Both the position numbers and the translations under genes were made by a program. The notes under the pieces were generated by a model that ran no database searches, had not been told where the DNA came from, and saw only the letters and a list, made by a program, of their open reading frames with translations. A stretch of 64,000 bases of DNA from Eledone cirrhosa (Eukaryota), in assembly GCA_964016885.1 (NCBI GenBank), contig OZ024741.1, positions 156,054,001 to 156,118,000 on the forward strand. The letters are read 5' to 3'. Of the stretch, positions 19,403 through 30,900 are shown piece after piece; within the stretch, counting starts at the first letter, position 1; each line of letters begins with the position of its first letter.

Positions 19403-21493
19403 TTACCGTACTTTTGGTAGAGGAGGGATGGTTTTTACATCCCTTTTCACTTGATCGTCTGGTGAAGGGACCGTTGAATCGTCCCTTCGGCTGGTCGTCG
19501 GCTCTTCTAAGAGAATGTCTGAGTATACTCTTCGATTGATGGTTCCTCCTAGGTACCTGAAATCACCAACTGCGTTGGGGAATTTCGTTTTAATATTTGT
19601 GTATTGTTTCTGTGCTATTTTTAGCAGTCTTATGTTAGTTGGCGTTTTGATTGGTGCTGGTATTATGTAGTCCTGTTGTGAAATGTCTGTGTGTTCAATT
19701 ATGTAAGTCATTAGTTTCTTGTTGTGTGTATTTATTGCCGTGCATTTGTTTTTCTGGGGTGTGGTTCTGCTATTTTCTTGTCGTTGTTGCTGGGTGTGTG
19801 TGTTTTGTTGTTGTGTTTGCGATGTTGGTGCTTGTGGTGGTGGTGTTGAAGGTGTTGTTGGCGGTGGGGTTGTCGCCGGTGGTGATGGTGGCGCTAGTGT
19901 GGGTGGTGATGGTGTTGGTGTTGTTGCTGCTGTGGGTCTCTTTGCAGTAGACTTTACCCTTTTCTCATTTCTTTCCTCCCTTTTCAAAGGCGACGATGCG
20001 CTGCTTCTGCGTTTGTGCCTTCTTACGACCTTTTGCCATCTCTCTCCCACCTCACACTCCATGTCTGATTCTGTGAGGTCGGGGAGGGGTACCAACTCCA
20101 CTCTTTCACTTGTTGTTGTTGGTGATGTTTGCACTGGAGTCTCTGTTGCAGCTGCATTTGGTATTGCTGTTGTTGTTGTTAGTATTTCCACTGCTGCTGC
20201 TGTTTTTGATTTCCGTGGAGTGGGTATGGGTGCCACGGGCCTATCGTTCCTGGTTGCCGCTTGTCCTGTAGCTGGTAGCCGTGGAGCCGGATTCGGAAGG
20301 AGGGGGGTTTTCTCCTTTCTCAGGGTCTTCTCGTTGCAGAAGGCCCTGAGGTGAGTCTTCGATCCACAGCGAAAGCATTTCGGGCGTTTGCCCTCAACAC
20401 TTATGGGCAGTTGAGTGCCGTTATCGAAGTCTATCACATCCGGGATAGCTTCGATGCACTCCTGGTTGGTTTGGATTAGCATCTCAATGGAGGAGCCGAC
20501 CCAATCTTCTCTTACTTTCTTCTGTACTTGCAGTACAGTTGTTTTGTCCTCGATTCCGACGAGGACAGACGCGGCCAGCCAAGAAGGGGTCATTCCGGGG
20601 GGGACGTGGGTCAGTTTGACCCTCACAATTTTTTGCCCACAGTAGGAGGGCACCAACACCATTTCCTCGCTCCTTAGGGTCACTACTGATTGGGCCTTTG
20701 CCTCCTGGGGTGTGGCAAAAAGTACGTCTACGGTGGCATATTTTTTGCCTCGGGTGATGTGCGTTTTCCGCTGCCACACAGACCCCAAGGCTTTTTGTAT
20801 TTGGGCCTCTGTGGCTCTTTCCACCCTACGGGATTTTGTACTTACTGTACGGTACGTGACCGTACAGTGCTCTTGGGTTTCGAAAAATTTTTTCGCTGCC
20901 TTGCAGATTGCTCGGTGTCCGTTCTTTGTCACCATCTTCTTCGCTTCCTCTAATTCCTCATTTGTTATGAGGATTGTTTCCAAGTTTTTCGCAATACCTG
21001 CAAATGAGATTGGTTTTTCTCTGCTGTTGTTGTTGTCGTCAGAGCTGCTGGTACTTTTGTTGTTGCTGCAGGTACTACGACTACTGCCTCCGCCGCTGTT
21101 GCTGTGGTTGTTGTTGGTGTTGCTGCTGCTAATGCTGTTGTTGTTTATGCTGCTGGTGATGCTGTTGCGGCTGCTACTGTTGTTTTCATTGTCACCGTTG
21201 CTGTTGTTATTACGGCTGCTACTGCTATTATTCCTGACGTCAGACGAATGAACTGGGTTTTCGTATTTCCCGCACACCTGTTTCGTCGCTGTCGTCGTCG
21301 TCGTGGAGAAACCTTGCACGCTTTGCACGAGACTTTTCTTTTCTTTCGTCACTTGCGAAAGAGAAGGGAGGGAGAGAGACACATTTAAAGAAGGGAGGGA
21401 GAGAGACAATCTTCTCTCTGCTGTAGTGATGATTGAGGAAGAAGAAGACGGAATGAGTGGGAGTGACGTATGAAATTTCTTTTTTGTAGCCAT
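19403..21493 (-). CDS. Tx1 ORF1
   Basis: 696 aa, near-identical to copy 1. Confidence 0.9.
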   Translation of the reverse strand: MATKKKFHTSLPLIPSSSSSIITTAERRLSLSLPSLNVSLSLPSLSQVTKEKKSLVQSVQGFSTTTTTATKQVCGKYENPVHSSDVRNNSSSSRNNNSNGDNENNSSSRNSITSSINNNSISSSNTNNNHSNSGGGSSRSTCSNNKSTSSSDDNNNSREKPISFAGIAKNLETILITNEELEEAKKMVTKNGHRAICKAAKKFFETQEHCTVTYRTVSTKSRRVERATEAQIQKALGSVWQRKTHITRGKKYATVDVLFATPQEAKAQSVVTLRSEEMVLVPSYCGQKIVRVKLTHVPPGMTPSWLAASVLVGIEDKTTVLQVQKKVREDWVGSSIEMLIQTNQECIEAIPDVIDFDNGTQLPISVEGKRPKCFRCGSKTHLRAFCNEKTLRKEKTPLLPNPAPRLPATGQAATRNDRPVAPIPTPRKSKTAAAVEILTTTTAIPNAAATETPVQTSPTTTSERVELVPLPDLTESDMECEVGERWQKVVRRHKRRSSASSPLKREERNEKRVKSTAKRPTAATTPTPSPPTLAPPSPPATTPPPTTPSTPPPQAPTSQTQQQNTHTQQQRQENSRTTPQKNKCTAINTHNKKLMTYIIEHTDISQQDYIIPAPIKTPTNIRLLKIAQKQYTNIKTKFPNAVGDFRYLGGTINRRVYSDILLEEPTTSRRDDSTVPSPDDQVKRDVKTIPPLPKVR

Positions 21494-21656
21494 GTTGTTT
21501 TTTGTTTAAAATGAAATTTTGGGTACAAAACCCCAATAACTGGCTATTTAACCCCGAAGGGCCAAATAACGGACAGAAAGACCCCTCTCACGAGGAGGAG
21601 GGTGTCTTTATCAACAATTTGGTTCAAGTTTTAAACAATTTACAATTGTTTTAACG

Positions 21657-21709
<53 letters not shown>

Positions 21710-22160
21710 TTTCTTTATTAACCACAAGGGTTTACATAAAGTAGACATTAAGGACAGTGCAGGACAATGCAGGACGGTACAAATGGGCATTTCTGCGTGT
21801 AAAAAACAAAAACAGAGGATGTAACAAAAATAACAATGAAAATAACAATGAAAAATTCCCCAATAGGGGGGAGACTTCGGAGGGACATTTGTGGTGAAAG
21901 CCCAGTAAAAAGCCACAATGACCCTGACCACCAAGGCAAGTGCCCTCTCCCAGTTTTCCACCTTTAATTTACAGATATATACTCAGAGTAGGCCCATTCA
22001 CTCGGGCCATTCTTGCTTCTCTCACCCATCTTTCAACAAAATGCTGGGAAGAGAGCACTTCCCTCTCTACTCTGATTTTCCTTTTCAAATGAAATTTGAA
22101 AAAGTCAATGAGAGCATCACCGAAGAGGTAAGTGCTCGTCTTCAGCCCTTTCAAACGTGT

Positions 22161-25100
22161 CTACCATACTATCTCTTTCACCATGGCCACCAGGCAGATA
22201 AAAACTGCCTGCCCTTCCCGGCTAAAGGAGGAGGGCGGAGCAATCCTCACGATGGACTCAGATGATAGCCGGATCCGTCCTAAACGCGACAGCAGGTGTT
22301 CGACATAAACCCACAAGTCAGCAATTTTCGGACACTGGACGAGTGCGTGCAGGACGGTTTCGTCGCCCTGCGCGCATCTCGGACATGCCCGGCTGACGGC
22401 ACCTCCATGCCTGTAGAGTTTATCCCGAACTGGCAAGGCTCCTCGGTAGCACTGCCAGGCCAGAGATTTCTGGAAGTTGTCCATAGGCCCCGGCCCGAAA
22501 GTTCTTCCGAAGAGATTGGCTAGTTGATTTTCGTCGACGCCTAGAGTTTCCCCAAGTACGTCGTCGCTCTTCCCCTCCACTAATCCTCTATAGAACGCCG
22601 AGGTGGAGTTTCCACTGATCACATTGCCCGATTGGTCGAGGGCTGTGAGCGCCTGAAGACATTCCAGTCTCCAGGCGCTCCCTCTCGGTCTTCGCTTGAC
22701 CCAGGACTGCAGCTCCGTCAAGGAAACGAGCTGGGGAAAAACGCGTCTAGCAAACGGCGACCACACCTGATCACCGTCGAGGAAGAGGTGGAGATGTCGT
22801 AGCCTGAGCGCGTGCCTGCGCATCATCAGCCACGGCATGCCCAGCCCTCCACGTAGCGGGTGTTGACAACAGATGGACCGCCTGACCATCGGAGCACGTC
22901 CCTTCCACAAAAAGCGAAAGAGCAAACGCTCCAGCGCAGTCAGGCGAGGCTTAGGACAAGGTACGACGGTTAGGCGGTAGCAGATGACAGACGCGATGTA
23001 CGCGTTAGCCACCTCCGCTCGACCTTTCAGGGATAGCTTCCTCTCCGCCCATTTCTGGGTGAGAGAAGCCACCCTGCTCGTCACCTCGTCCCAGTTTTTG
23101 TCCGTCTGGAGGTCCGGACCGAACCAGACCCCTAGCAATTTAACCGGTCCGTCCGTCCAGCGCCCGACGACGCTGTTGGACGGCATGGACCTGCCTCTCC
23201 AGGTGCCGAGCTGCAGGCCCACTGACTTTTCCTGGTTGATCATTGCTCCTGTCACCGCTTCGTATTCTCTTAGTGTAGTGCCGATCGCCTCGATGTGTTT
23301 GGCGTTCGACACCACTACGGTGACATCGTCCGCATATGCTGACACGGATCTTCCGCATCCTAGTTCGCGCGGGACTCCCCTCAACGTCTCCAGTTTGTGC
23401 AGTAATGGCTCGAGAGTCAATACGTACAAGAGGGACGAGAGGGGACATCCTTGGCGGACCGAGCGCATGATGTTGAACGGTTCCGACAGGTGACCGTTCA
23501 CTCTCACCACAGAGCAGATGTCGCTGTGCATGGCAGCGATCCAGCCTCTGAAGACGGGCCCAAAGCCAGCCGCCCTCAGGACTGCCGCTAGGTAACGATG
23601 GTCGACCCTATCGAAAGCTTTCGACTGATCTAAATTGATCAAGGACCCACCCGTGCCAGGTTCCCTAGCTACCCTCTCTACGATGTATCGCATGAGGTGG
23701 AGGTTGTCGTGGATGGATCTGTCGGGAATGGCGCATGTCTGCGCCTCTCCCACCAGACCACCAACGACAAGCGCCAACCTCTTTGCTAGCACCTTGGCCA
23801 AAATCTTAAACTCTGTGTTTAGCAGAGTTATGGGCCGGAAATTGTCTATGTTATCCCCCTTGTTCGGATCCTTTCTCAGCAGTGCCACCGCTCCTCGGCT
23901 CACAGAACTGGGAATTCTCCCGTTCTGTTGCCAGTTGCAGTAGACGTCCGCCAAGAGGCCTCCGAACAAGTCTGGCATCTGTACGTAAAGTTCATAGGGC
24001 AGACCATCCAAACCAGGCGATTTACCCCTTGTGCAGCCAGTCATTGCCTCCCGTACTTCAGCGGCTGTTATCGGCTTTTCGCAACACCTCGCCTCAGTGG
24101 CCGAGAGCCGCGGCAGCCCGTCGAGGTAGACACTAAAGTCCATCCCTCTACCCGGCCCCCCGCTGCCCCCGAACAGCTGAGCGAAGTGTCGCTGAAAAGC
24201 TTCACACATTTGCCCGGGATCGAGTAGCATGCGCCCGTCGTGGTCCACCAAAGACCGGATCGTGGCTTTGTTGCCACGACGCGCCTCCGCCACTCGGGCC
24301 CATTGAACGGCTTTCGTCCCCTCGTGTCTGAGAGCACGCACCCTAGCTCTGACAACGCAGCCTTCGTGCTTTGCATTGAAGAATTGGTCAAGGGCCAATT
24401 TCGCCGCAAGCACGTCGGTCGCAATGCCTTTGCTAAGCGCCTCGTCTAATTTTCTAACTAGTTCTCCCTCTGCTCTATTTTTCTCTATTGCTAAAGCCTT
24501 ACTAAACCTAATCGATTCTATTCTAATCGCTCTTTTCAGAGCAAACCACCACTTGTTGTTGACGATGGCCCCCGTCAACGCCCGCTTAACTAGTTCGCTA
24601 ATCCGGTCTCTGTAGGCCTTGCACGCTGGTAAGGACGCGTTTAGCTTCCAGTAGCCGGGTCCTCGTCTATGAAGCCTATCTAAGTCAAGCACACAGATCA
24701 CGAATTTGTGGTCCGTGTAGCTGACTATCTTGAATTGTGGACAGCCTATGCTAGACCTATCTATTTCCCTACAAAATACTCTATCTAGATATGATCTGGA
24801 TGACCCTATGCGGTTTGTCCAAGTCCACATTGGCACATTCGGGAAATCCAATCGGTACCTGTCAGACAGTTCAAAACGCCTGAGCAGGTTGGTGAGGCTC
24901 TTGCACCCTCCACCCCTATCCGCTAATCCCACACAGTCCCAGCGTGCATCTAAGATCCCGTTCCAGTCGCCCACTAACACTAAAGAGCGGGACGTTCCAA
25001 GAAAGGTCTCCAGACGCCGGAAGAAATCAGGCCGCCCTGCTCCTGTCGGGGCATAGACGGCCACTAGCCTGATAGCTTGCCCGTCTCCGCTGGTCACGTC

Positions 25101-25388
25101 CAGCACCACCAGCTTACCCTCTGGGTCCAGGAAGATGGCCCGTATGGCGAGATCCAAACCTCTCCGAAAAAGCACAGCAACTCCTCCACCCGATCCAGGA
25201 CGGCTGGGAGATGCGTACACATCGTAGCCGCCGAAGATCGGTACGAAGGCCCGTGCTTCGGAGATTCTGGTCTCGCTGATGGCCACTACATCTATGTTTA
25301 GTGACCTGAGGTCGTTGAGCAGGTGACCCTGCTTCCATGACGACCCCAAGCCACGCGCATTTATGCTGCCTATTCTGAGTGAGGTCAT
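22161..25388 (-). CDS. Tx1 ORF2, truncated by a nonsense change 64 codons before the normal end
   Basis: 1075 aa ending EIVW*. The remainder continues in frame to 21969. Confidence 0.85.
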   Translation of the reverse strand: MTSLRIGSINARGLGSSWKQGHLLNDLRSLNIDVVAISETRISEARAFVPIFGGYDVYASPSRPGSGGGVAVLFRRGLDLAIRAIFLDPEGKLVVLDVTSGDGQAIRLVAVYAPTGAGRPDFFRRLETFLGTSRSLVLVGDWNGILDARWDCVGLADRGGGCKSLTNLLRRFELSDRYRLDFPNVPMWTWTNRIGSSRSYLDRVFCREIDRSSIGCPQFKIVSYTDHKFVICVLDLDRLHRRGPGYWKLNASLPACKAYRDRISELVKRALTGAIVNNKWWFALKRAIRIESIRFSKALAIEKNRAEGELVRKLDEALSKGIATDVLAAKLALDQFFNAKHEGCVVRARVRALRHEGTKAVQWARVAEARRGNKATIRSLVDHDGRMLLDPGQMCEAFQRHFAQLFGGSGGPGRGMDFSVYLDGLPRLSATEARCCEKPITAAEVREAMTGCTRGKSPGLDGLPYELYVQMPDLFGGLLADVYCNWQQNGRIPSSVSRGAVALLRKDPNKGDNIDNFRPITLLNTEFKILAKVLAKRLALVVGGLVGEAQTCAIPDRSIHDNLHLMRYIVERVAREPGTGGSLINLDQSKAFDRVDHRYLAAVLRAAGFGPVFRGWIAAMHSDICSVVRVNGHLSEPFNIMRSVRQGCPLSSLLYVLTLEPLLHKLETLRGVPRELGCGRSVSAYADDVTVVVSNAKHIEAIGTTLREYEAVTGAMINQEKSVGLQLGTWRGRSMPSNSVVGRWTDGPVKLLGVWFGPDLQTDKNWDEVTSRVASLTQKWAERKLSLKGRAEVANAYIASVICYRLTVVPCPKPRLTALERLLFRFLWKGRAPMVRRSICCQHPLRGGLGMPWLMMRRHALRLRHLHLFLDGDQVWSPFARRVFPQLVSLTELQSWVKRRPRGSAWRLECLQALTALDQSGNVISGNSTSAFYRGLVEGKSDDVLGETLGVDENQLANLFGRTFGPGPMDNFQKSLAWQCYRGALPVRDKLYRHGGAVSRACPRCAQGDETVLHALVQCPKIADLWVYVEHLLSRLGRIRLSSESIVRIAPPSSFSREGQAVFICLVAMVKEIVW

Positions 25389-25423
25389 GTTTAAAATAGA
25401 GTGGAAAAGATGGGAAAGACCAC

Positions 25424-27520
25424 TTACCGTACTTTTGGTAGAGGAGGGATGGTTTTTACATCCCTTTTCACTTGATCGTCTGGTGAAGGGACCGTTGAAT
25501 CGTCCCTTCGGCTGGTCGTCGGCTCTTCTAAGAGAATGTCTGAGTATACTCTTCGATTGATGGTTCCTCCTAGGTCCCTGAAATCACCAACTGCGTTGGG
25601 GAATTTCGTTTTAATGTTTGTGTATTGTTTCTGTGCTATTTTTAGCAGTCTTATGTTAGTTGGCGTTTTGATTGGTGCTGGTATTATGTAGTCCTGTTGT
25701 GAAATGTCTGTGTGTTCAATTATGTAAGTCATTAGTTTCTTGTTGTGTGTATTTATTGCCGTGCATTTGTTTTTCTGGGGGTAGGGTGTGGTTCTGCTAT
25801 TTTCTTGTCGTTGTTGCTGGATGTGTGTGTTTTGTTGTTGTGTTTGCGATGTTGGTGCTTGTGGTGGTGGTGTTGAAGGTGTTGTTGGCGGTGGGGTTGT
25901 CGCCGGTGGTGATGGTGGTGCTAGTGTGGGTGGTGATGGTGTTGGTGTTGTTGCTGCTGTGGGTCTCTTTGCAGTAGACTTTACCCTTTTCTCATTTCTT
26001 TCCTCCCTTTTCAAAGGCGACGATGCGCTGCTTCTGCGTTTGTGCCTTCTTGCGACCTTTTGCAATCCCTCTCCCACCTCACACTCCATGTCTGATTCTG
26101 TGAGGTCGGGGAGGGGTACCAGCTCCACTCTTTCACTTGTTGTTGTTGGTGATGTTTGCACTGGAGTCTCTGTTGCAGCTGCATTTGGTATTGCTGTTGT
26201 TGTTGTTAATATTTCCACTGCTGCTGCTGTTTTTGATTTCCGTGGCGTGGGTATGGGTGCCACGGACCTATCGTTCCTGGTTGCCGCTTGTCCTGTTGCT
26301 GGTAGCCGTGGAGCCGGATTCGGAAGGAGGGGGGTTTTCTCCTTTCTCAGGGTCTTCTCGTTGCAGAAGGCCCTGAGGTGAGTCTTCGATCCACAGCGAA
26401 AGCATTTCGGGCGTTTGCCCTCAACACTTATGGGCAGTTGAGTGCCGTTATCGAAGTCTATCACATCCGGGATAGCTTCGATGCACTCCTGGTTGGTTTG
26501 GATTAGCATCTCAATGGAGGAGCCGACCCAATCTTCTCTTACTTTTTTCTGTACTTGCAGTACAGTTGTTTTGTCCTCGATTCCGATTAGGACAGACGCG
26601 GCCAGCCAAGAAGGGGTCATTCCGGGGGGGACGTGGGTCAGTTTGACCCTCACAATTTTTTGCCCGCAGTAGGAGGGCACCAACACCATTTCCTCGCTCC
26701 TTAGGGTCACTACTGATTGGGCCTTTGCCTCCTGGGGTGTGGCAAAAAGTACGTCTACGGTGGCATATTTTTTGCCTCGGGTGATGTGCGTTTTCCGCTG
26801 CCACACAGACCCCAAGGCTTTTTGTATTTGGGCCTCTGTGGCTCTTTCCACCCTACGGGATTTTGTACTTACTGTACGGTACGTGACCGTACAGTGCTCT
26901 TGGGTTTTGAAAAATTTTTCCGCTGCCTTGCAGATTGCTCGGTGTCCGTTCTTTGTCACCATCTTCTTCGCTTCCTCTAATTCCTCATTTGTTATGAGGA
27001 TTGTTTCCAAGTTTTTCGCAATACCTGCAAATGAGATTGGTTTTTCTCTGCTGTTGTTGTTGTCGTCAGAGCTGCTGGTACTTTTGTTGTTGCTGCAGGT
27101 ACTACGACTACTGCCTCCGCCGCTGTTGCTGTGGTTGTTGTTGGTGTTGCTGCTGCTAATGCTGTTGTTGTTTATGCTGCTGGTGATGCTGTTGCGGCTG
27201 CTACTGTTGTTTTCATTGTCACCGTTGCTGTTGTTATTACGGCTGCTACTGCTATTATTCCTGACGTCAGACGAATGAACTGGGTTTTCGTATTTCCCGC
27301 ACACCTGTTTCGTCGCTGTCGTCGTCGTCGTGGAGAAACCTTGCACGCTTTGCACGAGACTTTTCTTTTCTTTCGTCACTTGCGAAAGAGAAGGGAGGGA
27401 GAGAGACACATTTAAAGAAGGGAGGGAGAGAGACAATCTTCTCTCTGCTGTAGTGATGATTGAGGAAGAAGAAGACGGAATGAGTGGGAGTGACGTATGA
27501 AATTTCTTTTTTGTAGCCAT
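25424..27520 (-). CDS. Tx1 ORF1
   Basis: 698 aa with CCHC knuckle. Confidence 0.9.
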   Translation of the reverse strand: MATKKKFHTSLPLIPSSSSSIITTAERRLSLSLPSLNVSLSLPSLSQVTKEKKSLVQSVQGFSTTTTTATKQVCGKYENPVHSSDVRNNSSSSRNNNSNGDNENNSSSRNSITSSINNNSISSSNTNNNHSNSGGGSSRSTCSNNKSTSSSDDNNNSREKPISFAGIAKNLETILITNEELEEAKKMVTKNGHRAICKAAEKFFKTQEHCTVTYRTVSTKSRRVERATEAQIQKALGSVWQRKTHITRGKKYATVDVLFATPQEAKAQSVVTLRSEEMVLVPSYCGQKIVRVKLTHVPPGMTPSWLAASVLIGIEDKTTVLQVQKKVREDWVGSSIEMLIQTNQECIEAIPDVIDFDNGTQLPISVEGKRPKCFRCGSKTHLRAFCNEKTLRKEKTPLLPNPAPRLPATGQAATRNDRSVAPIPTPRKSKTAAAVEILTTTTAIPNAAATETPVQTSPTTTSERVELVPLPDLTESDMECEVGEGLQKVARRHKRRSSASSPLKREERNEKRVKSTAKRPTAATTPTPSPPTLAPPSPPATTPPPTTPSTPPPQAPTSQTQQQNTHIQQQRQENSRTTPYPQKNKCTAINTHNKKLMTYIIEHTDISQQDYIIPAPIKTPTNIRLLKIAQKQYTNIKTKFPNAVGDFRDLGGTINRRVYSDILLEEPTTSRRDDSTVPSPDDQVKRDVKTIPPLPKVR

Positions 27521-27683
27521 GTTGTTTTTTGTTTAAAATGAAATTTTGGGTACAAAACCCCAATAACTGGCTATTTAACCCCGAAGGGCCAAATAACGGA
27601 CAGAAAGACCCCTCTCACGAGGAGGAGGGTGTCTTTATCAACAATTTGGTTCAAGTTTTAAACAATTTACAATTGTTTTAACG

Positions 27684-27730
<47 letters not shown>

Positions 27731-27992
27731 TTTCTTTATTAACCACAAGGGTTTACATAAAGTAGACATTAAGGACAGTGCAGGACAATGCAGGACGGTA
27801 CAAATGGGCATTTCTGCGTGTAAAAAAAACAAAAACAGAGGATGTAACAAAAATAACAATGAAAATAACAATGAAAAATTCCCCAATAGGGGGGGAGACT
27901 TCGGAGGGACATTTGTGGAGAAAGCCCAGTAAAAAGCCACAATGACCCTGACCACCAAGGCAAGTGCCCTCTCCCAGTTTTCCACCTTTAGT

Positions 27993-30900
27993 TTACAGAT
28001 ATATACTCAGAGTCGGCCCATTCACTCGGGCCATTCTTGCTTCTCTCACCCATCTTTCAACAAAATGCTGGGAAGAGAGCACTTCCTTCTCTACTCTGAT
28101 TTTCCTTTTCAAATGAAATTTGAAAAAGTCAATCAGAGCATCACCGAAGAGGTAAGTGCTCGTCTTCAGCCCTTTCAAACGTGTCCACCATACTATCTCT
28201 TTCGCCATGGCCACCAGACAGATAAAAACTGCCTGCCCTTCCCGGCTAAAGGAGGAGGGCGGGGCAATCCTCACGATGGACTCAGATGATAGCTGGATCC
28301 GTCCTGAACGCGACAGCAGGTGTTCGACATAAACCCACAAGTCAGCAATTTTCGGACACTGGACGAGTGCGTGCAGGACGGTTTCGTCGCCCTGCGCGCA
28401 TCTCGGACATGCCCGGCTGACGGCACCTCCATGCCTGTAGAGTTTATCCCGAACTGGCAAGGCTCCTCGGTAGCACTGCCAGGCCAGAGATTTCTGGAAG
28501 TTGTCCATAGGCCCTGGCCCGAAAGTTCTTCCGAAGAGATTGGCTAGTTGATTTTCGTCGACGCCTAGAGTTTCCCCAAGTACGTCGTCGCTCTTCCCCT
28601 CCACTAATCCTCTATAGAACGCCGAGGTGGAGTTTCCACCGATCACATTGCCCGATTGGTCGAGGGCTGTGAGCGCCTGAAGACATTCCAGTCTCCAGGC
28701 GCTCCCTCTCGGTCTTCGCTTGACCCAGGACTGCAGCTCCGTCAAGGAAACGAGCTGGGGAAACACGCGTCTAGCAAACGGCGACCACACCTGATCACCG
28801 TCGAGGAAGAGGTGGAGATGTCGTAGCCTGAGCGCGTGCCTGCGCATCATCAGCCACGGCATGCCCAGCCCTCCACGTAGCGGGTGTTGACAACAGATGG
28901 ACCGCCTGACCATCGGAGCGCGTCCCTTCCACAAAAAGCGAAAGAGCAAACGCTCCAGCACAGTCAGGCGAGGCTTAGGACAAGGTACGACGGTCAGGCG
29001 GTAGCAGATGACGGACGCGATGTACGCGTTAGCCACCTCCGCTCGACCTTTCAGGGATAGCTTCCTCTCCGCCCATTTCTGGGTGAGAGAAGCCACCCTG
29101 CTCGTCACCTCGTCCCAGTTTTTGTCCGTCTGGAGGTCCGGACCGAACCAGACCCCTAGCAATTTAACCGGTCCGTCCGTCCAGCGTCCGACGACGCTGT
29201 TGGACGGCATGGACCTGCCTCTCCAGGTGCCGAGCTGCAGGCCCACTGACTTTTCGTGGTTGATCATTGCTCCTGTCACCGCTTCGTATTCTCTTAGTGT
29301 AGTGCCGATCGCCTCGATGTGTTTGGCGCTCGACACCACTACGGTGACATCGTCCGCATATGCTGACACTGATCTTCCGCATCCTAGTTCGCGCGGGACT
29401 CCCCTCAACGTCTCCAGTTTGTGCAGTAATGGCTCGAGAGTCAATACGTACAAGAGGGACGAGAGGGGACATCCTTGGCGGACCGAGCGCATGATGTTGA
29501 ACGGTTCCGACAGGTGACCGTTCACTCTCACCACAGAGCAGATGTCGCTGTGCATGGCAGCGATCCAGCCTCTGAAGACGGGCCCAAAGCCAGCCGCCCT
29601 CAGGACTGCCGCTAGGTAACGATGGTCGACCCTATCGAAAGCTTTCGACTGATCTAAATTGATCAAGGACCCACCCGTGCCAGGTTCCCTAGCTACCCTC
29701 TCTACGATGTATCGCATGAGGTGGAGGTTGTCGTGGATGGATCTGTCGGGAATGGCGCATGTCTGCGCCTCTCCCACCAGACCACCAACGACAAGCGCCA
29801 ACCTCTTTGCTAGCACCTTGGCCAAAATCTTAAACTCTGTGTTTAGCAGAGTTATGGGCCGGAAATTGTCTATGTTATCCCCCTTGTTCGGATCCTTTCT
29901 CAGCAGTGCCACCGCTCCTCGGCTCACAGAACTGGGAATTCTCCCGTTCTGTTGCCAGTTGCAGTAGACGTCCGCCAAGAGGCCTCCGAACAAGTTTGGC
30001 ATTTGTACGTAAAGTTCATAGGGCAGACCATCCAAACCAGGCGATTTACCCCTTGTGCAGCCAGTCATTGCCTCCCTTACTTCAGCGGCTGTTATCTGCT
30101 TTTCGCAACACTTCGCCTCAGTGGCCGAGAGCCGCGGCAGTCCGTCGAGGTAGACACTAAAGTCCATCCCTCTACCCGGCCCACCGCTGCCCCCGAACTG
30201 CTGAGCGAAGTGTCGCTGAAAAGCTTCACACATTTGCCCGGGATCGAGTAGCATGCGCCCGTCGTGGTCCACCAAAGACCGGATCGTGGCTTTGATGCCA
30301 CGACGCGCCTCCGCCACTCGGGCCCATTGAACGGCTTTCGTCCCCTCGTGTCTGAGAGCACGCACCCTTGCTCTGACAACGCAGCCTTCGTGCTTTGCAT
30401 TGAAGAATTGGTCAAGGGCCAATTTCGCCGCAAGCACGTCGGTCGCAATGCCTTTGCTAAGCGCCTCGTCTAATTTTGTAACTAGTTCTCCCTCTGCTCT
30501 ATTTTTCTCTATTGCTAAAGCCTTACTAAATCTAATCGATTCTATTCTAATCGCTCTTTTCAGAGCAAACCACCACTTGTTGTTGACGATGGCCCCCGTC
30601 AACGCCCGCTTAACTAATTCGCTAATTCGGTCTCTGTAGGCCTTGCGCGCTGGTAAGGACGCGTTTAGCTTCCAGTAGCCGGGTCCTCGTCTATGAAGCC
30701 TATCTAAGTCAAGCACACAGATCACGAATTTGTGGTCCGTGTAGCTGACTATCTTGAATTGTGGACAGCCTATGCTAGACCTATCTATTTCCCTACAAAA
30801 TACTCTATCTAGATATGATCTGGATGACCCTATGCGGTTTGTCGAAGTCCACATTGGCACATTCGGGAAATCCAATCGGTACCTGTCAGACAGTTCAAAA

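Larger units (their letters stand above)
15650..21661 (-). mobile_element. Tx1/L1-clade LINE, array copy 2 (both ORFs intact)
   Basis: Its (AAT)12 tail at 15650-15685 is joined directly to the 5' UTR of copy 1. Confidence 0.95.
21660..27688 (-). mobile_element. Tx1/L1-clade LINE, array copy 3 (premature stop near ORF2 end)
   Basis: (AAT)16 tail at 21660-21707 and a TGG>TAG change at 22161-22163. Confidence 0.95.
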